The notes under the pieces were generated by a model. The model searched no databases. It saw only the letters and a list, made by a program, of their open reading frames with translations, and was not told where the DNA came from. The position numbers and the translations under genes are program-made. Shown piece by piece: positions 56,074 to 64,000 of a DNA stretch of 64,000 nt. Each line of letters begins with the position of its first letter. The first letter of the stretch is position 1. This stretch comes from an uncultured Ignavibacteria bacterium (lineage in GTDB: Bacteria; Zixibacteria; MSB-5A5; WJJR01): positions 67,514 to 131,513 of the forward strand of contig CAYTTY010000002.1 of assembly GCA_964440935.1 (NCBI GenBank), written 5' to 3'.

Positions 56074-59000
56074 ATGACCACAATCAAAACACAACGGCAG
56101 GGGCAACACCTGACGAGACAGCGCGTTGCTGAAATGCGCGTGGCCTGTCAACAGAATCCGAACGACAGGGAATTACAGCGCCAGACCGCAGCCGATTTCG
56201 TGTCGGCCGGTCTGACCGCGGAGGCGATCCCGATTCTACGGCGGCTTGCCGCGTTATGTCCCGACGACACAAATGTCATTTATCAATTGGCGGGCTTGCT
56301 GACGGCGTTGGAACGGCATGCCGACGCCATGGAGTTGTACCGCAAACTTGCCGATGCGACTCCGGACGCCATCGACGCCCAGCACAACTACGGTGTCGCC
56401 GCCTGCCATGCCCAGAAATATGATGATGCCATTATCGCCTTCGAACAGAAGCTCACACTCGATTCGGACAACTACGAAACCCTTAACGATCTCGCCGTCC
56501 TCTATGCGATGACCGATCGGTATGACGATGCGGCCCGAATGTACAAACAGTGCCTCGCCGTCAACCCCCGTTATGATCGTGCACGCGATAACGCGTTTCA
56601 ATTTTTCCTGGACACCCAACGGTTCGCCGAGGGGTTGGCTCTGGCCGAGCAGGTGCTTAGCGTGATCGGACGGGATCGTGAGGTGGAGTCGTGGAAGAAG
56701 CGATTGGCTAATCTGGAAACCCATGACGCAGCACAGACAGAGAACAGAGCAGTAACCGTTCACGCCGATCGTGCGCCGACTCGTGTCACCGGCAAGCGCA
56801 TCGGCTTCGTTGCCTCGTCCGACGCGTTCCTGAAGCCGATCGTCGACCATTTCTCCCAGGGGAACCACATTCGCAGCTTTAGCGGCACGTCGCTGCGTGA
56901 GTTGGCCGACCTGCTGCAATGGGCCGACTTGGTCTGGTACGAATGGTGCGATCAGTTGGTGATCGAGGGTTCAAAACTGCCGCGCAAGGCCAAAACCGTC
57001 TGCCGATTGCATTCCTACGAAGCGTTCACCAACATGCCCCAACAGGTCAATTGGTCGAACATCGATCATCTGATTCTGGTGAGCGATACCGTCGGCGACA
57101 TCATCGATGAATCAGCTGCGGTCACGTCGTCGCGTACCGTCGTCCACAATGGCATCGATCCCGACCGTTTTCCAATGACGGAACGTTCACAATCAGGCAA
57201 GCGCATCGCATCGATCGGCTACATCAACTACAAGAAAAATCCATCGTTGCTGCTACAGACATTCAAAGCGATCCACGACTGGGATCCCGAGTTCGAATTC
57301 CACATCGCCGGGCAACATCAGGATCCGCGCATCAAGGTGTACATGGACAATCTGCTGCCGCGACTCAACCTGCCGGTGACCTACCACGGGTGGGTCGATG
57401 ACATGCCACGGTTGTATGCCGAGATGGATTATGTCATATCAACGTCGCTGTTTGAATCGTTTCATTATTCGATCGCGGAGGGGATGCTCTCCGGGTGTCT
57501 GCCGCTCATTCATACCTGGCGCGGAGCCGACCAACTCTATCCGAATGAGTTCCTGTTCAACACCCCTGGGGAAGCGGTCGCATTGATTCGACGTCTCCAC
57601 TCACAGGATCTCGATGCCATCCGGTGCGACAATCGCGAGTTCATCGCGACGCGTTATAACTGGACCGAGAAGCTCAATGAGATCGACGAATTGCTTGATC
57701 GGGTTCTGACCGGTGAGATCAATTCGTACAATCGTCACACCCACACCTGGCCCGCACCAGCCGAGCCCATTGCTGCACTCGATGTGGGAACTGTATCGGT
57801 GGTCATTCCGGTCCATAACAACGCTCATGACGCCCGTGGAACGATCAACAGCGTACTGAATCAAACGTATCAAAACATCGAAGTCATCATTGCCGACGAT
57901 GGGTCAACGGAGGATGCGGACAAGACGCTGAACGAATACGACGGACGTGTTTCTGTCGTGCGTCACATTCATCGGGGCTGTGCCGCTGCGTTGAACAGCG
58001 CCATCCAGGCAGCGAAGGGACGGTTTATCGCGTTGGCCCTGCCGGGCGATTCATTGGCGCCGCAGAAGTTAGAGTCACAGCTCCGCCTGTTCGAACACAC
58101 CCCAGACTTGGGTATCGCTACTTGCGATACAGTTGAATCACAAGACTCATCACCCACTCCGGAGAACATCGCGGCGGCCGTGAACCGTTGCATGGAGACT
58201 CCGACCAACAAAAGGAACACGGTTGCGCCATCGTCAATTGTGTTCCGTCGCGAGCTTCTTCGGCAGACTGGATGGTTTGAGGAGTACGCCCCGTACGCCG
58301 ACAATCCTGCCGGACTCGTCGAGTCATTCGTACGACGCACCGCAGCGGTCTCATCAGTGCGTCATGTCAACGAGCAATTGATCGCGTCATCCGGGGCCAG
58401 ACGTGCACAGACGATAGATACGGCAATTGCCGAACGCTGGACATCGCGCATCACCGCTGGCAAGGACCGCCAACACGATCAGAAAGAGCCGCAGATGACG
58501 CCCGACGCACCGCAGCGATCGGGACTGACGATCGCATTTGTCGGCGCCCACGATCCCCGTGCTCAGATGATGATGTGGGCCGAGGCGCTGAGCCGATACA
58601 CGCCGCATACGGTACGCGTGCTGATACATACGGAACGCACCGGCTGTCCATCAGACCTGGTCATCAATCGCCGCGGCGCCGCCCGTACGAGCGGACAGGC
58701 TGCACCATCCGCGATGGATGTGATCGCCGACGCAGAACGAGTGGCCAAAGACGCCGACCTCGTCATCTTCGCCGCAGGAATCGCACCCGGAGCCGATCGT
58801 CACGATGCCCACCTCACCGATACCGATGAGCAGGCATTCGGCACGCTCGACTGGTCCTCGGTCCTCACAGGCAAACGCTGTGCCTCGCTTCTCTTTGGGA
58901 CACCGTCAGTGCGCCACAACCTTCAATGGTATCGTGATCATATCGCCCGCAAGGGTTGGCCAATTCTTACCTGTGATCCCGACATCCACCGGTGGTTGGC

Positions 59001-59553
59001 TGAATCGGTCTATGTGCCGCGCCTACTGACGCGCAGCGGTGGCCGTTATCAATCGGCCACACGACAGTCCGAGAACGTCGTGGTCCTGCATCCCGGTGGG
59101 CGTCCGCCGCACGAGGGTGGTGCGATGTTCCGTGAAGTTGCCCAACGCGTCAAAGCCAGCCATCCCAATGTCACCTTCGGCCTCTACGATGGAATGCCCT
59201 GGGGTGATGTGCTGGAGATGAAACGACAGGCGCATATCGGATTCGACCGTATCGCGGTCGGCAGTGGACACTTCGGAATCGACAGTCTTGAAAACTCAGC
59301 TTTTGGTCTTGTGAATATTGCGTACTGTGACCCGTTCACTCGTGCGCTCGTTGCAGAAACATTGGGAACATCCGAACTCCTGTGGCGGCAGCCCGCATCG
59401 GCCGGCGAACTGGAGCAGCTTCTGGCCACGTACGCACAAGATCGAGATCAGTTACAACACGATATGACGGCAACACAGGAATGGTTTGACCGGGTTTGGG
59501 ACGAGCAGCGCCTTGCGCCCCAGATGGCGGATATCTTCGAATCGTTAATGTGA
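56074..59553 (+). CDS. Giant multidomain glycosyltransferase: N-terminal TPR, GT-B (GT4-like) domain, GT-A (GT2) domain, C-terminal uncharacterised domain
   Basis: 1159 aa. TPR units lie at the N-terminus (AIIAFEQKLTLDSDNYETLNDLAVLYAMTDRYDDAARMYKQCLAVNP). The GT-B C-motif is YVISTSLFESFHYSIAEGMLSGCLPL. The GT2 motif is VSVVIPVHNNAHDARGTINSVLNQTYQNIEVIIADDGSTED. Confidence 0.7.
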   Translation: MTTIKTQRQGQHLTRQRVAEMRVACQQNPNDRELQRQTAADFVSAGLTAEAIPILRRLAALCPDDTNVIYQLAGLLTALERHADAMELYRKLADATPDAIDAQHNYGVAACHAQKYDDAIIAFEQKLTLDSDNYETLNDLAVLYAMTDRYDDAARMYKQCLAVNPRYDRARDNAFQFFLDTQRFAEGLALAEQVLSVIGRDREVESWKKRLANLETHDAAQTENRAVTVHADRAPTRVTGKRIGFVASSDAFLKPIVDHFSQGNHIRSFSGTSLRELADLLQWADLVWYEWCDQLVIEGSKLPRKAKTVCRLHSYEAFTNMPQQVNWSNIDHLILVSDTVGDIIDESAAVTSSRTVVHNGIDPDRFPMTERSQSGKRIASIGYINYKKNPSLLLQTFKAIHDWDPEFEFHIAGQHQDPRIKVYMDNLLPRLNLPVTYHGWVDDMPRLYAEMDYVISTSLFESFHYSIAEGMLSGCLPLIHTWRGADQLYPNEFLFNTPGEAVALIRRLHSQDLDAIRCDNREFIATRYNWTEKLNEIDELLDRVLTGEINSYNRHTHTWPAPAEPIAALDVGTVSVVIPVHNNAHDARGTINSVLNQTYQNIEVIIADDGSTEDADKTLNEYDGRVSVVRHIHRGCAAALNSAIQAAKGRFIALALPGDSLAPQKLESQLRLFEHTPDLGIATCDTVESQDSSPTPENIAAAVNRCMETPTNKRNTVAPSSIVFRRELLRQTGWFEEYAPYADNPAGLVESFVRRTAAVSSVRHVNEQLIASSGARRAQTIDTAIAERWTSRITAGKDRQHDQKEPQMTPDAPQRSGLTIAFVGAHDPRAQMMMWAEALSRYTPHTVRVLIHTERTGCPSDLVINRRGAARTSGQAAPSAMDVIADAERVAKDADLVIFAAGIAPGADRHDAHLTDTDEQAFGTLDWSSVLTGKRCASLLFGTPSVRHNLQWYRDHIARKGWPILTCDPDIHRWLAESVYVPRLLTRSGGRYQSATRQSENVVVLHPGGRPPHEGGAMFREVAQRVKASHPNVTFGLYDGMPWGDVLEMKRQAHIGFDRIAVGSGHFGIDSLENSAFGLVNIAYCDPFTRALVAETLGTSELLWRQPASAGELEQLLATYAQDRDQLQHDMTATQEWFDRVWDEQRLAPQMADIFESLM

Positions 59554-59574
59554 TTCTTCTACTGGATTGAATCG

Positions 59575-62364
59575 ATGGGCAAACAATCAAACAAGACACG
59601 ACCGCAGAATCGATCACGCATCGTCCGCAAATGGAATGGACGCGTTGCACCACCGGCCTCGGCGGATAAACGCACCTCGACGCGAACGCTGAAAAGCCGG
59701 TTGAAGGCCGATCCGCACGACATTCGCACGCGGCTGATCCTGGCCGACCGGCTCATGATGCGGAACAAGCCGGACGAGGCGCTCGCGCTGCTGGATGTCA
59801 CCGAATCACCGCTGCATTCCGATCAGCACGATGACGAATATTGGGTGGCTGTACGCATTCGCGCGTTTGCGCTGACCCGTCTGGAACAGTTCGACGACGC
59901 GCGCAGTCTCGCCGAAGCGCTGCTGAAGCACTCTCCCGAAGCGCCCGATGCGCTGTACCTGCTGGCATACATCACGAATCGGATGGAAGAGTGGGACGCC
60001 TCCCGGCAGTATGCGTTGCGCTTCATTGAAGTCGCGGGAGACACCTCGTCGCATTCCACGTCGCCGGAGTTCTGCGGCACCGTCATCAGGCTGTATGAGG
60101 TGCACAACTACTGCGGCCTGGCGCTGGAGCATTTGGATGATCGCAAAGGTGCAGCCAACGCGTTCCGCGATGCCGTCACCGAGAAGCCCGACTTCGACAC
60201 CGCCTGGATCAATCTGATTCGGTGTCTGCAGGAGCTCGGACTCTCACAAGAAGCCGAATCGGCCTACCGCGAAGCGGTCAAAGCCTGTCCCCGATCACGC
60301 AATCTCGGCACGTTGCGAAAGGCCAAGTCGAAAACAACCGCCGAACAGGTTCCGACCATCAGGGCCAAGACGACGGGCGAGCCGACCATCGCGCTCTGCA
60401 TGATCGTCAAGAATGAAGAAGAGCATCTGCCGCGGGCGCTGACGAGTGCCAGGCCGTTGGTGGATCAAATGGTGGTCGTCGACACCGGCTCGACCGATCG
60501 GACCGTAGAGATCGCCAAGTCGTTTGGTGCTGACGTGCACTTCCACGAATGGGAAGGCGATTTCTCGAAAGCACGCAATATCTCGATGGGCTACGCCGAC
60601 GCCGATTGGATTTTCATTCTCGATGCCGACGAAGAGCTCGTCGCCGATGACCTCAAGGTTATCCGCCAGACGATCCGCGACACCGATTTCCGCGCCATTT
60701 CGATGTCGGTGTACAATTTCTCGCGTGAGAAGCAAATGTACACGTCGTTTCTGCCCTCAGTGCGTCTGTTCCGCCGCGACTTAGGGGCATACTACGACGG
60801 TATCGTACACAACCAGCTGCGTTTCCCGACTGAGGAAGGCGTATTGCGCATTCCCGCGCGCCTCCTGCACTACGGCTATGGATTGTCCCCGGAACAGATG
60901 GCGCGCAAGGTCGAGCGGTCACGCGCATTGCTGGAAAAGCAATTGTCCGACAATTTCGATAACGCCTTTGCCCATTTCAATCTCGCCCAATTGCTGCGCG
61001 GATCCGAGGAGAAGCCGTCTCCGGCGATGATGGACAAAGTGATTTACCACGCCGGCCGCGCCGTCGACCTCACCTCCCCCGATGAACGCAACGAACGGCA
61101 CATCCATTTGATGGGTCTGCACCAGTTGTGCACGGCCTACTTCAACAAGGGTGATTACGAACACGCCGCAGAATGTGCACATCGCGCACTGGCCCACAAG
61201 CCGGGCTATCTCGACGCAATTCTGAGTTTGGGGCACGTGCATTCAATGGACCGTCAATTCGATCTGGCGAAGAAGTACTATCTTGAATATCTGGACCGCC
61301 AGCGGTCGTACGATGAGCACGGCGAAACCGATCATGTGATCCTGCTGCATTTGCGCAGCCGCCACAACGCGTACTATGGCCTCGGATTGATCGCCGAAAT
61401 GCAGGGCGACAGTGCAGAGGCGGTGGGGTGGTATGACCGGTGTATCGAAGAGCGTGACGATTACATCGATGTTCATTACCGTTTGGCTGTCGCGTTAAAG
61501 AACATCGGCCAGAAAGATCGGGCCCGTAAGGAGTTGACAACCGAACTTACGCGCCACCCGGACAATGTTGATGCCCGTCTCGAATTCGCTGACCTCTGCT
61601 TCGAAGTCAACGACACCGACACCGCCATCGACTGCCTGCAGGAAGGAATCGAACGCGACCCCGCATCCGTCCCATTGGCCGTTCGGCTGGGTCAAATCGA
61701 TTTTGCAGCACGGCGGTACCGTGATGCGCTTCGGTATCTGGAGACGGTGCCCTCGGATCATCCGGACTTTGCCCGGACGTGCCGGCTCCGCGCAGATTCC
61801 CATTATGAAATGAAGCAGTATGACCAGGCGTCGGAGCTGTATCGCGAATGTCTCAAACAATCGCCGCATGACGGGGACGTGATGAATAACCTGGCCAATT
61901 GCCACTTCCGCGCGGGTCAATACGACGAAGCGGAGCAAATGTATCGTCGCATTATCGACGCCGGCAAGGGCGATCGCCACGTGTACCGTAATCTGGGCGT
62001 TACGCAGTCACGTTTAAACAAGGTCGACGATGCGATCTTCACGCTCGACAGCTATGCCCAGATGCATCCGGACGACATTGAAACGGCCGGCTTTCTCGGC
62101 GATTTGTATTTCGGCAGCAAGCAGTTTCGCAGCGCCATCGATGAGTACGAGCGGGTATTGGAACAACAACCGAATCGTCCTGATACGCTCACGCGTTTGG
62201 GTGATTGCTATTTGCATCAGGGCGCCGTGGCAGCGGCATTGGTCGGCTACGAACGCGCATTGGAGGCCGATCCGGACTATAAGCCGGCGTGGGAACGGTT
62301 GCGCGATATTCGCGAACAACTCGTTGCCCGCCTGACAAACATGCCGGAAAGCCCAACGGGGTAA
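59575..62364 (+). CDS. TPR - GT2 glycosyltransferase - multi-TPR fusion protein
   Basis: 929 aa. The GT2 core is IALCMIVKNEEEHLPRALTSARPLVDQMVVVDTGSTDRTVEIAK...ADWIFILDADEEL (the DxD motif). The flanking TPRs are numerous (YRNLGVTQSRLNKVDDAIFTLDSYAQMHPDD, etc.). Confidence 0.75.
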   Translation: MGKQSNKTRPQNRSRIVRKWNGRVAPPASADKRTSTRTLKSRLKADPHDIRTRLILADRLMMRNKPDEALALLDVTESPLHSDQHDDEYWVAVRIRAFALTRLEQFDDARSLAEALLKHSPEAPDALYLLAYITNRMEEWDASRQYALRFIEVAGDTSSHSTSPEFCGTVIRLYEVHNYCGLALEHLDDRKGAANAFRDAVTEKPDFDTAWINLIRCLQELGLSQEAESAYREAVKACPRSRNLGTLRKAKSKTTAEQVPTIRAKTTGEPTIALCMIVKNEEEHLPRALTSARPLVDQMVVVDTGSTDRTVEIAKSFGADVHFHEWEGDFSKARNISMGYADADWIFILDADEELVADDLKVIRQTIRDTDFRAISMSVYNFSREKQMYTSFLPSVRLFRRDLGAYYDGIVHNQLRFPTEEGVLRIPARLLHYGYGLSPEQMARKVERSRALLEKQLSDNFDNAFAHFNLAQLLRGSEEKPSPAMMDKVIYHAGRAVDLTSPDERNERHIHLMGLHQLCTAYFNKGDYEHAAECAHRALAHKPGYLDAILSLGHVHSMDRQFDLAKKYYLEYLDRQRSYDEHGETDHVILLHLRSRHNAYYGLGLIAEMQGDSAEAVGWYDRCIEERDDYIDVHYRLAVALKNIGQKDRARKELTTELTRHPDNVDARLEFADLCFEVNDTDTAIDCLQEGIERDPASVPLAVRLGQIDFAARRYRDALRYLETVPSDHPDFARTCRLRADSHYEMKQYDQASELYRECLKQSPHDGDVMNNLANCHFRAGQYDEAEQMYRRIIDAGKGDRHVYRNLGVTQSRLNKVDDAIFTLDSYAQMHPDDIETAGFLGDLYFGSKQFRSAIDEYERVLEQQPNRPDTLTRLGDCYLHQGAVAAALVGYERALEADPDYKPAWERLRDIREQLVARLTNMPESPTG

Positions 62365-62388
62365 TCGCAGGAGAGCGAGGACACGAAC

Positions 62389-63039
62389 ATGCCTACACAC
62401 ATCGCGTACGAGCCCGACAACTACTGGGAAGCCCGTGGCGGTCCCTCCTACAAAGCCTACACCGAGTCGCACGATTATCAAATCTACCGTGGCGCACAGG
62501 CCGCGTTCTTTGAGGAACTGCTGGCCCAGCTGCAACCGCAACGTCTGCTCGACTTCGGGTGCGGTTCCGGAAAGTCGTTTCCTCTGTGGCGGGATGTGCC
62601 GGAAGTCCACGGCTACGATCGCGCGCGGTCACAAATCGAGGTCGCGCGGGCCGAGATGATGCAAATTCGTCCCGAACGCCCCTACAGTCTGATGCATTGT
62701 GTGACCGATTCGCGGTCCGAGGTGCCGTATGACGACCACTACTTTGATTTGGTCGCAGCGGTGGAGGTGTTTCTCCACGTGTTGCCGGAGGAACTGCCCG
62801 CCCTCCTCAATGAACTCAATCGCATCTGCCGGGGACATTTGGCAATCATCACGGCGGCCCCGTTCGACAATCGCGCCGCGCACTGCTTCAATCATGATTA
62901 CAAAGCGCTCCTCAAGGGATGCTTCGATATCGTCGAGGATTACAATCTGCATAAGCAGCGTTACCTTGTGGCCCGCAAGCTGCCGTTGACAGCCACCCGT
63001 GAATATGCGGCGCCGCTGTCCGATCCGATCACGAAGTAA
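62389..63039 (+). CDS. Class I SAM-dependent methyltransferase
   Basis: The SAM motif I is LLDFGCGSGKSFP. Confidence 0.7.
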   Translation: MPTHIAYEPDNYWEARGGPSYKAYTESHDYQIYRGAQAAFFEELLAQLQPQRLLDFGCGSGKSFPLWRDVPEVHGYDRARSQIEVARAEMMQIRPERPYSLMHCVTDSRSEVPYDDHYFDLVAAVEVFLHVLPEELPALLNELNRICRGHLAIITAAPFDNRAAHCFNHDYKALLKGCFDIVEDYNLHKQRYLVARKLPLTATREYAAPLSDPITK

Positions 63040-63052
63040 CAAGGAGTCATCC

Positions 63053-63655
63053 ATGCCGTCGTCTCGTCCTGAACTCATACCGGTGGTCATCAACATCGTG
63101 ATGCAACTGCAACCGAAGTCGATTCTCGAAATCGGTACCGGCTTCGGCAAATACGGATTCCTGTTCCGTGAGTATCTGGATATTTGGAGTGCCGCCACTG
63201 ATCCCACCCGTCTCGACCCGCACAATTGGCAGGTGCGCATCGACGGCATCGAGTACTTCCCGCACTACATCGGCGAACTCCAGCGCCAGGTGTACGACCG
63301 TTTGATCGTCGGTGACGCCATGGACGAAATCGATCGGTTGCCCAGCTACGATCTTATTTTCCTCGGTGACGTGATCGAACATTTTCCCAAAGACGACGGA
63401 CAGCGCATGCTGGAAAAATGCCAGGCGCATGCCGACAAGATGATCCTCGTGACCACACCGAATTACTTCAATCCACAAGGCGCGGAATACGGTAACGATC
63501 GTGAGACGCACCACTGCCTTTGGACCAAGCAGGATTTCGATCGATATCCCGGTGCCCAATGTTTCCTGATCGCCGACCGTTACAATCTCGCGATCATCCC
63601 GGCAATCAAAACCCTGGTCGAAGTCCCCGAGCCCGTCGCCGAACCGGTCAGTTAG
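63053..63655 (+). CDS. Class I SAM-dependent methyltransferase (second)
   Basis: An AAGGAG SD lies 6 nt upstream of the ATG. Motif I is ILEIGTGFGKYGF and the post-I acidic residue is in LIFLGDVIEHF. The ORF track start at 62999 is rejected. Confidence 0.65.
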   Translation: MPSSRPELIPVVINIVMQLQPKSILEIGTGFGKYGFLFREYLDIWSAATDPTRLDPHNWQVRIDGIEYFPHYIGELQRQVYDRLIVGDAMDEIDRLPSYDLIFLGDVIEHFPKDDGQRMLEKCQAHADKMILVTTPNYFNPQGAEYGNDRETHHCLWTKQDFDRYPGAQCFLIADRYNLAIIPAIKTLVEVPEPVAEPVS

Positions 63656-63866
63656 CGCCGGGAGCACCGAGCCCCAGCTCCGTGCAGTGTGCCACTGACC
63701 TTGGTCAGTGAAGCACGAGCTGTGCGGGGTGCCCCACCGCTTGCGGTGGGTTTAGATTCTACCGCCCACAATCAACCGTTCAGAGGTAGATTCGCTTCAT
63801 TCGGTCAGTACATCTAAGTTTCAATGTGGTATTGGACCTGTCGGTTTCAAATCCTATCGGAGTGTC

Positions 63867-64000
63867 TATAGCGATTGTCAGAATAAATTTCCGATTGAGG
63901 ACAAGCGAGGCACCGTGTGTTACGTGATGACATTTGTGTGCCACGGGCCTTCAGGGACGTGTTGACAAAGCCCCAAGAATCAGCGCCCTCGGGAGGGCGA
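63867..64000. repeat. Intergenic modular repeat element, copy F (truncated by the window end)
   Basis: tatagcgattgtcagaataaatttccgattgaggacaagcgagg ... gtgtgccacgggccttcagggacgtgttgacaaagccccaagaatcagcgccctcgggagggcga gives a 5' module like copies A and E and a TIR-like module like copy D. Confidence 0.55.

Overview
64 kb of high-GC (~60%) bacterial chromosome, with almost all genes on the + strand. The content points to an FCB-superphylum-like organism, possibly an uncultured or candidate lineage. That guess rests on T9SS-type C-terminal sorting domains, a PorV-like barrel, a complete Bat (aerotolerance) operon, a csrA/fliW/flgL flagellar region and Shine-Dalgarno usage. Left to right the window holds: a partial S41 peptidase; a TPR/GT-C-like membrane protein; a GNAT acetyltransferase; an S8 subtilase with a dockerin-like tail; a gingipain-like C25 peptidase; an unusually long PorV-like protein; an M6-like metalloprotease; two DUF5683-like paralogs; an NHL lipoprotein; a giant beta-barrel candidate and an Omp85 protein; UbiA; a MoxR/DUF58/TatA/BatA-E operon; a multi-PAS histidine kinase; several small-domain proteins; rsgA; an FMN-riboswitch-controlled ribD-ribE-ribBA-ribH operon; MgtC; a cupredoxin/TSP3/dockerin-like secreted protein on the - strand; csrA-flgL-fliW; and two giant TPR-glycosyltransferase fusions with two SAM methyltransferases. 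The two items I rate highest are below. First, at least six copies of a modular, palindromic repeat family in intergenic spaces that I cannot match to a known element; two copies have clear 27-33 bp terminal inverted repeats, and two share a ~95% identical segment in opposite orientation. Second, a tightly coupled gene array running from a PorV homologue with a ~300-aa inserted beta-propeller-like domain, through a T9SS-cargo protease and paralogous membrane proteins, to a ~1136-aa OMP candidate and a dedicated Omp85 protein. This array may be a cell-surface protease secretion and assembly module not yet described. Every call is made by eye from sequence motifs; no database search was run.
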